A stretch of 63,552 nucleotides of DNA, the filler included, from Octopus bimaculoides (taxonomy: Eukaryota), in the NCBI RefSeq assembly GCF_001194135.2. It is 4 parts of 3 records of this genome, joined end to end, with 100 filler letters (N's around TTAATTAATTAA, not from the genome) between each part and the next. Parts side by side here need not be neighbours in the genome. Positions count along the whole stretch, not along the records: positions 3,454 to 31,117 come from NC_069007.1; positions 31,218 to 55,715 come from NC_068981.1; 2 more parts are not named here. One strand, given 5' to 3'. The position numbers were made by a program, and so were the translations under genes. Positions 22,444-34,426 of this stretch are shown in pieces. Each line of letters opens with the position of its first letter. Within the stretch, counting starts at the first letter, position 1. Below the pieces are notes generated by a model. That model was given only the letters and a program-made list of their open reading frames with translations, did not search any database and was not told the origin of the DNA.

Positions 22444-23555
22444 AGCACTGAAGCCAGTCCGGCGGCACTGGCAACAACCATGCTCGAATGTTGTCTTTCA
22501 TGTGCCACCGGCACATGTGCTAGTAAGGCAACGCTGGCAATGACCATGCTCGAATCGTGCTTTTTACATGCCACTGACACGGGAACCAATCAGTGGCCCT
22601 AGCAAAAATCACGCTTGGATGTGCTGTTAATGTTCCACTGGCACGAGTGCCAATAAGGCGGCACTGTCATCGGCCATATCAGCAATTTTGATTTTGATTT
22701 CACTTGCCTCAACAGGTCTTCACAAGCAAAGTTTATTGTCCAATGAATGAGGGGTACTCATACGTGGGCTGGTTACACCCATGGCATAGGCCAGGGGTTA
22801 TGGTCTCACTTGGCTTGTCGGATCTTCTCAAGTACAGCATATCTCCAAAGATCTCGGACACTAGTCATTGCCTCGATGAGGCCTAAAGTTTGATGGTCAT
22901 GCTTCACCACCTCATCCCAGGTCTTCCTGGGTCTACCTCTTCCACAGGTTCCCTCAACTGCTAGGGTGTGGCACATTTTCACACAGCTATCCTCATCCAT
23001 TCTTGCCACATGTCCATACCAGCGCAGTCATCTCTCTTGCACACCACATCTTATGCTTCTTAAATCCAAATTTTTCCTCAGGTCGCTTACACTTTGTCGT
23101 GTATGCACACTGACATTCCACATCCAGCAGAGAATACTAGCTTCATTCCTTGTAGCGGAGAATACTAGCTTCATTCCTTGTAAGCTTACATATGTCCTCA
23201 GCAGTCACAGTCCATGTTTCACTGCCATGTAGCATGGCCGTTCATACACATGTGTCATACAGTCTACCTTTTACTCTGAGCGAGAGGCCCTTTGTCACCA
23301 GCAGAGGTAAGAGCTCTGTGAACTTTACCCAGGCTATTCTTATTCTAGCAGCTATACACTTTCAGAGCATCCACCCCCGCTACTTGACTTGGTCCCCTAG
23401 GTAATGGAAGCTATCAACTACTTGTAGTTTTTCTCCCTGGAATGTGACAGAAGCTGTTCTTGACACATTTTCAGTGTTTATAGCACCTGAGCATTTGCCA
23501 CATACAAAAACTATCTTCCCAGTTAGCCTTCCTTTGATATTGCTGCACCTCTTAT
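22444..23555 (-). mobile_element. 5'-truncated RTE-clade LINE (C-terminal RT region plus 3' UTR)
   Basis: Decayed minus-strand translation: EKLQVVDSFHYLGDQVSSGGGC...RIRIAWVKFTELLPLLVTKGLSLRVKGRLY...AMLHGSETW; ends GRGRPRKTWDEVVKHD...RDLWR, the typical RTE C-terminus. Confidence 0.9.
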
Positions 23556-23573
23556 AATATATATATATATATA

Positions 23574-23929
23574 TATAAACATAATTAAGGGATCAGCAAG
23601 CATTTGCTTCACCATATACCGAAGTTCAGAAATAGCAGCTAAAAAAGCTGAGACTCCAACAGATAGCATTACTTGTAACTCACATGGTCGAATTTACTAC
23701 TGGAATATCGTATTGATGAAGGAAATTGAGTATTTATCACTCGTAATCCAGAAACGCGTCTGCGATTAACTTCGGAATGGTTAGTTTTCATTGTTTTTTT
23801 CTTCTTGTTTTTGCCTTTGTGAGTTACAAGTAATGCTATCTGTTGGAGTCTCAGCTTTTTTTAGCTGCTATTTCTGAACTTCGGTATATGGTGAAGCAAA
23901 TGCTTGCTGATCCCTTAATTATGTTTATA
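23574..23929. repeat. Near-perfect ~111 bp inverted repeat (23574-23684 vs 23818-23929) enclosing a hammerhead motif; PLE pLTR-like
   Basis: ATAATTAAGGGATCAGCAAG...GTAACTCACA is the reverse complement of TGTGAGTTAC...CCCTTAATTAT, apart from one base in a homopolymer. Confidence 0.92.
23707..23766 (+). ncRNA. Minimal type I hammerhead motif with a U3 core variant
   Basis: Stem I ATCGTA(23707-12)/TGCGAT(23761-66); core TTGATGA 23713-19; stem II GGA..GAGT/ACTC..TCC; GAAAC-GCG-TC, with predicted GUC cleavage after 23760; palindromic ACGCGT. Confidence 0.65.
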
Positions 23930-24321
23930 AATGTATGGGAACTTTTAAATAAGTTCTCCACCGATAATGGTGCTNNNNNNNNNNGAAATTGAGTATTTAT
24001 CACTCGTAATCCAGAAACGCGTCTGCGATTAACTTCGGAATGGTTAGTTTTCATTGTTTTTTTCTTCTTGTTTTTGCCTTTGTGAGTTACAAGTAATGCT
24101 ATCTGTTGGAGTCTCAGCTTTTTTTAGCTGCTATTTCTGAACTTCGGTATATGGTGAAGCAAATGCTTGCTGATCCCTTAATTATGTTTATAAATGTATG
24201 GGAACTTTTAAATAAGTTCTCCACCGATAATGGTGCTTTCATACCGAAGGGCTTGGTAAAAATTATTAATTGTTGATTTATTAATAAATTAATAAATTGA
24301 TAAACCTTTACCCTTTTAATT

Positions 24322-24353
<32 letters not shown>

Positions 24354-24874
24354 TTATCATTATCATAATCATCACCATCTTCATTTAATGTCCATTGTCC
24401 ATGTTGGACTGGGTTGGATGGTTCAACCAGGGCTGGTAAGCTGAGGGGCTGCACCAGACACCAGTCTGAAATGGCATGTGAAATCGTAGTTGTGGTCAAT
24501 GTCAGTGACATGTAAAAGACACTGGTGCTGGTGACACATAAGAGGCACTTGTGCTGGTGACACATAATAAGGTATCCAGTACATTCCTTGGAGTGGTAAG
24601 CATTAGGAAGTGCATCCAGCCGTAAAAACCAAGGCCAAAACAGACTGGAGCCTGCTGCATCTCTCCAGCTTGTCAGTTCCAGTTAAACCATCCGACCATG
24701 CTGGCATGGAAAATGGACGCTAAATGATGGTGAGGTTGATGATATATGCATGTATGTATGTCTCTATGTTTGTACTTTTCCCCAGTCAACAAACACTTGG
24801 CAACCAGTGTTGGTTTGTTCACATCTCCAAAACTTAGCAGTTAGGCAATCAATGTCAATATTAGAGTATGTGAT

Positions 24875-25260
24875 TACTCTTTTACTCTTTTACTTGTTTC
24901 AGTCATTTGACTGTGGCCATGCTGGACCACAGCCTTTAGTCGAGCAAATCAACCCCAGGACTTATTCTTTGTAAGCCCAGTACTTATTCTATCGGTCTCT
25001 TTTGCCGAACCGCTAAGTGACGGGAACATAAACACACGAGCATCGGTTGTCAAGCAATGCTAGGGGGACAAACACAGACACACAAACACACACACATATA
25101 TATATACATATATACAACGGGCTTCTTTCAGTTTCCGTCTACCAAATCCACTCACAAGGCTTTGGTCGGCCCGAGGCTATAGTAGAAGACACTTGCCGAA
25201 GGTGCCACGCAGTGGGACTGAACCCGGAACCATGTGGTTGGTAAGCAAGCTACTTACCAC
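24875..25260 (-). mobile_element. Family B SINE
   Basis: Highly similar to 4220-4636. Confidence 0.9.
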
Positions 25261-26814
25261 GAGCTTCAACTGCTATTTCTAACAAATCTACCAACCACAT
25301 AGAGGCTCATCTAAGATGTTACCACTCCAACAGAGCTGTCAGTCAATATTGAGTGATTAATTAGTTAATAACAAAGTGACAAAAAGTGGATTATGTTATT
25401 ATGAGGATGGGAGGGGGGAAGAATCTCCCACTAATTAATGACCTGAGCTGACCTGACACGACCTAATGACCTATTTTTTGACAGGTCAACATTCTCTTAG
25501 ATCTTAGAGGTGGTTTTATAATAGATTCTTTCAGAAAATCTTGACCCTTGTTATTAAGAAGATGGCTGTTGCTACTGCTGCTGCTGCTACTGCTGCTACT
25601 GCTGCTACTACTACTACTACTACCACCACCACCACCACCAGCATCAAGTCCAGCGCCATCAACTACCACCACCACCATCACTACTGCTACTGCTACAAAT
25701 AGTAGTGGTAGTGGTGGTAAGTTACCTTCTCAAGTCATACTGACTCATAAAAGCCAGCTTTACAGTTTCACGGTGGCGTGTATATTCCCCCACCTGGATG
25801 GGATGCCAGTCCATCGCAGCGTTACTCACTTTTGCCAGCCAAGTGGACTGGAGCAACGTGAAATGAAGTGTTTTGCTCAAGAACACAATGCGTCGCCCGG
25901 TCCAGGAATTGAAACCACGATATTGTACAATCATCATCATCATCATCATCATCGTCGTTTAACGTCCGCTTTCCATGCTGGCATGGGTTGAACGATTTGA
26001 CTGAGGACTAGTGAAACCAGAATGGCTACACCAAGCTCCAATCTGATTTGGCAGAGTTTCTACAGCTGGATGCCCTTCCTAACGCCAACCACTTAGAGAG
26101 TGTAGTGGGTGCTTTTACATGCCACAGGCACGAAGGCCAGTCAGGAGGTACTGGCAACGGCCACGCTTGAAAAGTGCATTTTATGTGCCACCCGCACAAG
26201 AGCCAGTCCAGGGGCACTGGCAACGATCTCGCTCGAAAGTCCTAACACATGCAGCGGGCACAAGTGNNNNNNNNNNGCTCGAAAGTCCTAACACATGCAG
26301 CGGGCACAAGTGCCAGAAAGGCGACGCTGGGCACAGGTGCCATCATAATTTTGCTTTCGCTTGCCCCAATCATGAGTCCAATATTCTTAACCACTAAGCC
26401 ACATGCTTTCACTAGTAGTAGTAGTAGGAGGAGGAGCAGGAGGTGGGGGGGGGACGAGCTACATTCAATTACTACTAATATCACCAATACTACTAATATT
26501 AGTTCCAAATTTTGGTACAATGCCAGTAATTTCAGAGAGAGGTGGGGGGGAAGGGGTTATGTCAATCACATCAACCCCAGTGTTGCAACTGGTGCTTACT
26601 TTATTAACGCCCAAAAGGATGAAAGATTACAGCCAACCCCGGCAGAATTTGAACTCAGAACATAAAATCAGACAAAAATGTCGAGAGGGATTTTTGCCCG
26701 ACGCACTAACGATTCTTCCAGCTTGCCACCTTAATGCTACTACTGATATTACAAGCAATATAGTACTATTGCTACCATGGCTGCTGCTGCTCCTACTACT
26801 ACTACTTCTGCTTT

Positions 26815-27570
26815 CTTTATTTGGCCCTATGGCCATAACACAGAGGGGGGGACACTACAAGGACAGACAACATAAAACGTGGGGTACATATAGTGAATGA
26901 TGAAAAAATGGATTATTTGTAATGAAGGAATGAAATGGCTTACGAGTCCCCTAAAACTCGCAGTTACATTTTACCGTTCTTGTACGTTTTCTTATCGTTC
27001 TCAATTATTGGTTATATATTCGTCTAGATCCTCCCTCGTAACTACACGAGGGAGGTTCTCGTAATGAAATATTTCTTGTGACCTAGTAATTAACTTAGGA
27101 AACAATCTATACAGTTTTTCTATTCTTTCGTCCTTCAATAGTACAGCCTACAAATCTGGTGAATCCGAGTTCAATTTCACTCTAATCAGCCCTTTCATTT
27201 TTGTCAACTTCTTCTCCAATTCATTATCCTTTTTCGGTTCCGTCTCCCCTGTCGTTTTCCTCTCCCTGCCTGTAATAGCTCAAGCATTTTGTCTGCCCAT
27301 CCATCAGTTTCCGTCGTTCTATCTTTTTCACCACTTGTTGTCGTCTCCGGCTCTGTAGTTCGAGACTCAGTCTCTTCCGTTTCGTCCACCAATGTTTTTG
27401 TTTTTTTTTCCACCTTTCCTGCTTTCCTCTTTTTAGGGGTTTTGGGTGGTGACTCCACCCTCAACTTTTTCCTGTCAACCTCAACTTCCTCTTCCCTTTC
27501 TTCCACCTCCTCCACCTCTGCCTCACTGCTTCTTTCTGTCTCCTCTATGTGTACTTCTCTTAGGGGATTA
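26815..27570 (-). mobile_element. Possible internally deleted LINE with ORF1-like charged ORF, bounded by (CTA)n tracts
   Basis: Minus-strand E/K-rich ORF (…SPPKTPKKRKAGKVEKK…WADKMLELL) continuing with decay into …ERIEKLYRLFPKLITRSQEIF…LPRVVTREDLDEYI; AATAAA near 26817-26822; microsatellites at both ends. Family not recognised. Confidence 0.35.
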
Positions 27571-28167
27571 CTGCTACTACTACTACTACTACTACTACGA
27601 CTACGACTACTACTACGACTACTACTACTACGACTACTACTACGACCACTACTACTATTACTACGACTACTAATGGACTCCTGTTGAAAACGATGTATGA
27701 GCATGAAGTTTTTCTGCCAAACGACCTGCACAAATGATTCGTTTATATAGTAATTAAACGTCCGTGCTGTAGATTAGCTCATTCCCTCCCATCAAATCAG
27801 TGTTGTTTGAACAGGTGCACTGAGTGCCACGCATCAGGTGTCGAAGTGATCACAGTGCAATGGGAAACAAAGTGTTTTGCTCAAGAACACAAAGCCCCAC
27901 CCCGTCTAGGAACTGAAACCGCAACCTTGCAATCGCGAGCGCAACACCAGGCCTTCGACTTTTGGTACAAGGCCAGCAAGTTCAGAGGAGGGGGTAAATC
28001 GATTACATCAATCACAGCACTCAACTGGTAATTAATTAATCAACCCCAAAAGAATGGAAGGCAAAGATGGCCTTAGTGGGATTTGAACTCAGAACATAAA
28101 GAGCCAGGAGAAAGCATTTTGCCTGGTGTGCTAACAATCCTGTCAGCTTGCAGTCTATTTTTAAAAA

Positions 28168-28575
28168 CACTCTTTTACTCTTTTACTTGTTTCAGTCATT
28201 TGACTGTGGCCATGCTGGAGCACCACCTTTAGTCAAGCAAATCGACCCCAGGACTTATTCTTTGGAAGCCTAGTACTTATTCTATTGGTCTCTTTTGCCG
28301 AACCGCTAAGTTACAGGGACGTAAACACACCACTATCGGTTGTCAAGCAATGTTGGGGGGACAAACACAGACACACAAACATATACACACACATACACAT
28401 ATATATATACATATATACGACGAGCTTCTTTCAGTTTCCATCTACCAAATCCACTCACAAGGCTTTGGTCGGCCCGAGGCTATAGTAGAAGACACTTGCC
28501 CAAGGTGCCACGCAGTGGGACTGAACCCGGAACCATGTGGTTGGTAAGCAAGCTACTTACCACACAGCCACTCCT
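28168..28575 (-). mobile_element. Family B SINE
   Basis: Highly similar to 4220-4636; preceded by a family A SINE at ~27958-28150. Confidence 0.9.
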
Positions 28576-29192
28576 AGTAACATTTCTATTTTTAATTTTT
28601 TGTCAGAGTTATTTACCATTTGTTTCTATCAAGAAAGCAAAGAAAACGACTACTAACCCTTCAAACTTTGCTTTTGTTCCTTGGAAACTGACCTATTTGC
28701 CATTACATTTCAGACAAATTCAGTGCTGAGTTGCTGAAGCAGAAATATCATTAAAGCAAATATTCTGCTTAATACCACAGATTTGTTTGTCAGTTGCTTG
28801 ACCTTAACCAGTTGAGCATGTCTCTTAGTAGCTGACAATATGTGCATCTCTGATCATAAGCAGGAGTACTGGGAGAGCATTACAGCCATGCGTTGAAAGG
28901 GATACTTTGGAGTTGAACAGATATAACAAAAGCAAAATTTGAAGAAAATATTAACCACTTTTCATACTTTCTAGGGTTAAACAAATAGGAAATAACAGTT
29001 GCTACCCAAGGACAAAACTCTTGTTACACTGTGTGATAAAGAGAAATTCAAAACACAGACATGAAAATTAGCATGTGACTTATCTAACAAACCTTGTCTT
29101 CAGTTTGATATCCATGTCATGCATTAATTAACACACTAACACATTGTTAAATAATTAAGAATTAAAGGTTAGTTAGTCAGATCATTATTTAA

Positions 29193-29385
29193 CCCTTTAG
29201 TGTTCAAAACGGCCACATCTGGCTCAAATATTCCAGTTGTTTTATGTTCAAACTGGCAAGATTCAGCCCTTTATACCTACTCTACAACATTCTAAAACTA
29301 AACAAACACACCATATTTCAGAGCTACAAGATAATGTATGATTAATTCAAAGCAATATTGACAGAGTAATCTGAATGCTAAGGGG
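29193..29385. mobile_element. piggyBac-like MITE with TTAA TSD
   Basis: TTAA-CCCTTTAGTGTTCA ... TGAATGCTAAGGGG-TTAA; homologous to 14375-14595. Confidence 0.8.
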
Positions 29386-29479
29386 TTAATTTATACAAAA
29401 ATCGGTGTTGTAAATAAATATATATTGATGACTCATACATAAAAACAGAAATATTGCTTATGTAAGCAGAATTCTATTG

Positions 29480-30390
29480 TGCCACAAAACAAATGAACCT
29501 ATGAAAAATAAAACTGGTAAATTTTATAATCTCACCATAAATAGTAATATACTTAAAAATAAACACATATCTAATAACCAAAATGCATATAAACAAGAAA
29601 TTGATAATGATAAAAAGCCTAAGATAACTTTAAACCAAACTAATAATACTAAACATAATAATAGAAAAACCAATACTAAGTTATCTCACAAACCCATGAA
29701 AAATTTAAAAAACAACTAACTTACAATTGTAAGGATTGCTACAATGATGATGATAACATAATTAAACATTGTGTACACACTCATTCCATTAACTATAGAA
29801 AATCTAAAACACATTACAATATACCTATAAATATGAATCGCCCTGATAAATCTTATAAAATATGGTTTATTATTCCATACGCTAACCAAATTAAAAATAA
29901 TATAGTTAAATCTATATTCAAAGCCATCCATAAACAAATAATAGATACAATGAAATAATTAACCACAAAATTGTTAACATTGGTTTTAGCCTCACCCCTA
30001 ACTTATTCACCATTATATCATCTATCAACATACACTAATAGAAATGCCAGTAATATTAATCCTAATAACACCCCTTGGTTCAATGGAAAATATGATAAAA
30101 TCTCGGTTGGTGAATCATTTCCATACTTTTAAGAATATACAGAAAGCTAATTCCACTAGATTAAATAAATTTATATGGGAATTAAAAGATAATATTGAAT
30201 TTGATATTAAATGGAATATTATAGCTTCTGTACTGACTTACAAAGTCAATAATAAAAAATGTTTTCTTTGTATAACTCAGGCTTTTTTTTTATTATTTCA
30301 TCTAAGAATTACCCTACTTAATCTAAGAACTGAAAAAAGTATTTCCTCTGTTCATGTAGGAAAATATGCATTTTCTAAATTTAAATAATT
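29480..30390 (+). mobile_element. Heavily decayed Penelope-like element, C-terminal RT thumb plus GIY-YIG endonuclease
   Basis: KIWFIIPYANQIKNNIVKSIFKAIHKQ; VNIGFSLTPNL; IKSRLVNHFHTFKN…NSTRLNKFIWELKD…KWNII…CFLC…LLNLRTE. Confidence 0.8.
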
Positions 30391-30734
30391 GATTTATTAT
30401 CTCTCACCAGAATACCTGTATATTCACTTTAAATCCCTAGCTCCACTAATATAAATTACCTTCCCATATCATTACCTAACTAAACCACCATTAATATTAA
30501 TTTCTACCTTTAGTACACATCTATTACACCTAGTTTTAGCATAATTTTATAAAAATCACCAATACTACTTAATATTTTGCACACACCATGAATAACCGTC
30601 TACCAACATTTGAGCAGACATTATTGCTAACCTTTATAACTGTTTGATTATCATTCAAAATTTTGAATAGACACACTTGGTGATATTCATATCTGTTTGA
30701 CTATTATTTATACAACTACTTTTCATTAATAAAC

Positions 30735-31097
30735 ACAAGACCCTGCAAATGGACAGAGACTTAGAGACAAGTTACTTGAAGCATTTAACGAAATAGAAGG
30801 GGATATAGCATCATACAACGTGGAAGACAATTGGAGATTTCTGCGGGACAACCTGTTGAAAGCCACCGACCAGATTTGTGGGTGGTGTAAGGTCCCCTCC
30901 CGACCCAGAGTAACGTGGTGGTGGAACAAGGAGGTAGACAGGGCTATTAGACAAAAGAAACAGGCTTGGAAGGACTGGAAGAACAGTGGTAGCAGGGAAT
31001 TGTACCAATGTGCCAGAAGGGAGGCTAGGCGACAGGTTTATTTAGCCAGAGGGGAAGCAGATAAGAAAAGATTTGCCAATGTTCTGCACCGTGAGGA
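30735..31097 (+). mobile_element. RTE-clade LINE fragment (EN-RT linker), cut by a gap
   Basis: VEDNWRFLRDNLLKATDQICG…RVTWWWNKEVDRAIRQKKQAWKDWK…YQCARREARRQV. Confidence 0.88.
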
Positions 31098-31237
31098 CCA
31101 AAGACTCGAGGTATTTCNNNNNNNNNNNNNNNNNNNNNNNNNNNNNNNNNNNNNNNNNNNNTTAATTAATTAANNNNNNNNNNNNNNNNNNNNNNNNNNN
31201 NNNNNNNNNNNNNNNNNCTTTTGCACACACACACACG

Positions 31238-31276
<39 letters not shown>

Positions 31277-31624
31277 ATATATACATACATATATATATCA
31301 GATATATGCTAATATTTTCTCACGCTCAGAATTGCTGAAGCCTGGTTAAAATAAACTATCTGCATCAGTCGTTAGCTGTCAAAGACACATCCTTGGAAAG
31401 CTCCCTGCTTCCTGAGATTCACAAATACCATACCTGATGCCCTCACCCTGGTTTCTTCTTCTTTTTTTGTTTGAGTTATAGTACACCTGAGCACTATATA
31501 CAAGGTCGTTTTATGCGCGCGCGCGCGTGTGTGTGTGTTTATTATATTTACCAATGCATTGACAACGTGTTTGTGTACAAATAATATATAAATTTAAACG
31601 CATAAACTAAATAAATATACTTAC

Positions 31625-31800
31625 CTTCTTTGTGCTTTGAGATTAACCACAGACGTCGCATCAGAACGAAACGATAAGTTCCTTCATATAATTGCTGCTA
31701 CATCGACGGTGTGTACGCTCAGGTAGAACATATCTAAAAGTTGTTGAAAGTCACTTCTTCACTCTATAGAACAAGCACGGTACATACGAACGGTGTTTAG
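31625..31800 (-). other. Candidate 5' exon/promoter region of the ASB-type gene
   Basis: Consensus donor GAAG|GTAAGTAT at 31625/31624 on minus, in locally CpG-retaining unique sequence. A short MRRLWLISKHKE-G frame is phase-compatible with the 21730 exon. Linkage unproven. Confidence 0.3.
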
Positions 31801-32094
31801 TGAACAACCATTCAAAATTACTCAAAGATGTTAACTAATGGGTCTTGCATACGAAAAAAACTGATGCAGAAAAGATTAGAATACGTCTTTAATCCGAGTT
31901 TCACCATACAACTTTCAGCTGCCTTATCAAGACATTCTTATAAGTTGCTAGTATTCTATGGACATTATATAATGGATAAAAACAACTACACATGTATATA
32001 CTGATATTGACACAAACACACATGTATAATATGTACGTAAATACATATGTATGTATATATACATTTATGTATACACATACATACATACAAAGAT

Positions 32095-32139
<45 letters not shown>

Positions 32140-32154
32140 AATCTCTCTCTCTAT

Positions 32155-32360
32155 ATATAGGGAGAATTCACGAAAAGAACCAAAAAACGAAGACGGATGT
32201 GTAAACAACTAACAGATGTATTAGTATAACGCTCGGGACGTGAAAAAAGTCTTTAACGTTTCGAGCCTACGCTCTTCCACAGAAAGGAACACAGACAGAA
32301 ATAAGGAGAGAAAATAAAGAATGTGTAGTGGCTAGCGATCTTTCATGGCGAATGAATATA
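32155..32360 (-). mobile_element. Solo PLE pLTR-like fragment
   Basis: Contains AACGTTTCGAGCCTACGCTCTTCCACAG, the reverse complement of a minimal hammerhead; sits between microsatellites. Confidence 0.6.
32251..32286 (-). ncRNA. 36-nt minimal type I hammerhead-like motif with variant core CUGUGGA
   Basis: Minus strand: CTTT-CTGTGGA-AGAGC GTAG GCTC-GAAAC-GT-T-AAAG; stem I CTTT/AAAG, stem II GAGC/GCTC, palindromic AACGTT. Confidence 0.5.
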
Positions 32361-34137
32361 GATCGCTATATATATATATGCATCTATGTATGTGTACATA
32401 CTTCTTTTTTGTCTTTGGATGTCAAAATTTTTTGATGTGAACTCATGTGTGGAGTTAGATTTTGCTGTATTTTAGAAGGCCGTTGACCCACCCAAGAAAA
32501 CGCATCAACAATACATACACGCATCTATCTATCTATCTCTGTCTNNNNNNNNNNNNNNNNNNNNNNNNNNNNNNNNNNNNNNNNNNNNNNNNNNNNNNNN
32601 NNNNNNNNNNNNNNNNNNNNNNNNNNNNNNNNNNNNNNNNNNNNNNNNNNNNNNNNNNNNNNNNNNNNNNNNNNNNNNNNNNNNNNNNNNNNNNNNNNNN
32701 NNNNNNNNNNNNNNNNNNNNNNNNNNNNNNNNNNNNNNNNNNNNNNNNNNNNNNNNNNNNNNNNNNNNNNNNNNNNNNNNNNNNNNNNNNNNNNNNNNNN
32801 NNNNNNNNNNNNNNNNNNNNNNNNNNNNNNNNNNNNNNNNNNNNNNNNNNNNNNNNNNNNNNNNNNNNNNNNNNNNNNNNNNNNNNNNNNNNNNNNNNNN
32901 NNNNNNNNNNNNNNNNNNNNNNNNNNNNNNNNNNNNNNNNNNNNNNNNNNNNNNNNNNNNNNNNNNNNNNNNNNNNNNNNNNNNNNNNNNNNNNNNNNNN
33001 NNNNNNNNNNNNNNNNNNNNNNNNNNNNNNNNNNNNNNNNNNNNNNNNNNNNNNNNNNNNNNNNNNNNNNNNNNNNNNNNNNNNNNNNNNNNNNNNNNNN
33101 NNNNNNNNNNNNNNNNNNNNNNNNNNNNNNNNNNNNNNNNNNNNNNNNNNNNNNNNNNNNNNNNNNNNNNNNNNNNNNNNNNNNNNNNNNNNNNNNNNNN
33201 NNNNNNNNNNNNNNNNNNNNNNNNNNNNNNNNNNNNNNNNNNNNNNNNNNNCACCACCGCCACCGCTACCGCCACCGCCGCCGCCACTCCCACCATCACC
33301 ACCACCACCACCACCGCCACCGCTAAGCATTTTGTCCGGCATACTACGTAATAACAAGTCTGCCAACTCGCCGCTTTACACCAATTAAATAATAGCTTTT
33401 TTGTTTACTAAATTATTCTTTATTTTCAAAATCATTTGAAACGGAATTGGCGTATTTCAAGAGAAATATATTGTAAAAGAATTAAAGTGATATAAATTAA
33501 AATTTTCCATGAAGATTTCGTGTTAATTTAAGAGCTCGCTCCTAGTTGTAACTGTCGAGACCCAGGAGTCTGCCCACTGGACCAGGGATGTATGATTAAA
33601 TCCGTCATATATGAGGCAGACGTTTCATCAACGCTAGATGATAACACAACCAATAAGAAGGCACAACCGATGGAGGCAACTTCAAAAATTGCTGGGGTTT
33701 GAAGTCTAACGCCACACTACATATGACAAAGTGGAATATAGTCGAAAAATCCACACCATATGTCAATGGATCGAAAAGATGTGAGTTATGTGTAAACATA
33801 CGGTTAAGTTCCTGTTAGCGAATTGGAAAGTACCACCCTCTCCGGGTTGAGCAGTTGTACCGCAGACTCTAGGTCACTATCTTTTTAGCCTTATATTTTA
33901 CAGTCTAAGGGAGCATAACACTCATTCACCCTTTTGTTTCCTTCTGTTTTCTTTTTCATTTTCTGGTTTTTCAGCCTTTCATCATTTATATCTACACCTT
34001 AATCGCTTTTTCTCGTTTTTTCCCCTCATTCTATCGTCCTATTTTTAAATTGTAATTCCATGTGAAGATTGCACTAGGGTACCAGACATGTTAAAAAATA
34101 CTGTCCGATATGCTATCATCGCATGAAACTAACAGCA

Positions 34138-34178
<41 letters not shown>

Positions 34179-34426
34179 TGTATGTGTATAAATATAAATA
34201 TAGTTAGTTAGACCTTGGGTATACACCTGGTAGTATGTCGATTAAAGCATTTTCATTGTCTATGGCTACCTGATGTCATTCAACAGAGTTGATATAAATG
34301 TCACTGTATCTACCTCAGGAATTTCTCAGTGTTCATCGAATATATCAGAAATGAGAGAAACAGCGAATGGAATTCCCAGGATTATTTATTAGTTACAAAG
34401 ATCGTTTCTATCCATCTTGCATTGGT

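Noticed and set aside
23722-24237. ~250 bp direct duplication, which could be a tandem pLTR enabling a dimeric hammerhead
   Set aside because: The copies appear identical and abut a 10-N gap exactly, typical of an unmerged contig overlap; the same pattern occurs at ~26230-26310. Long reads are needed to overturn this.
33605-33640. GAAACGTC on minus (hammerhead stem III-like)
   Set aside because: No properly placed CUGANGA or stem I partner.
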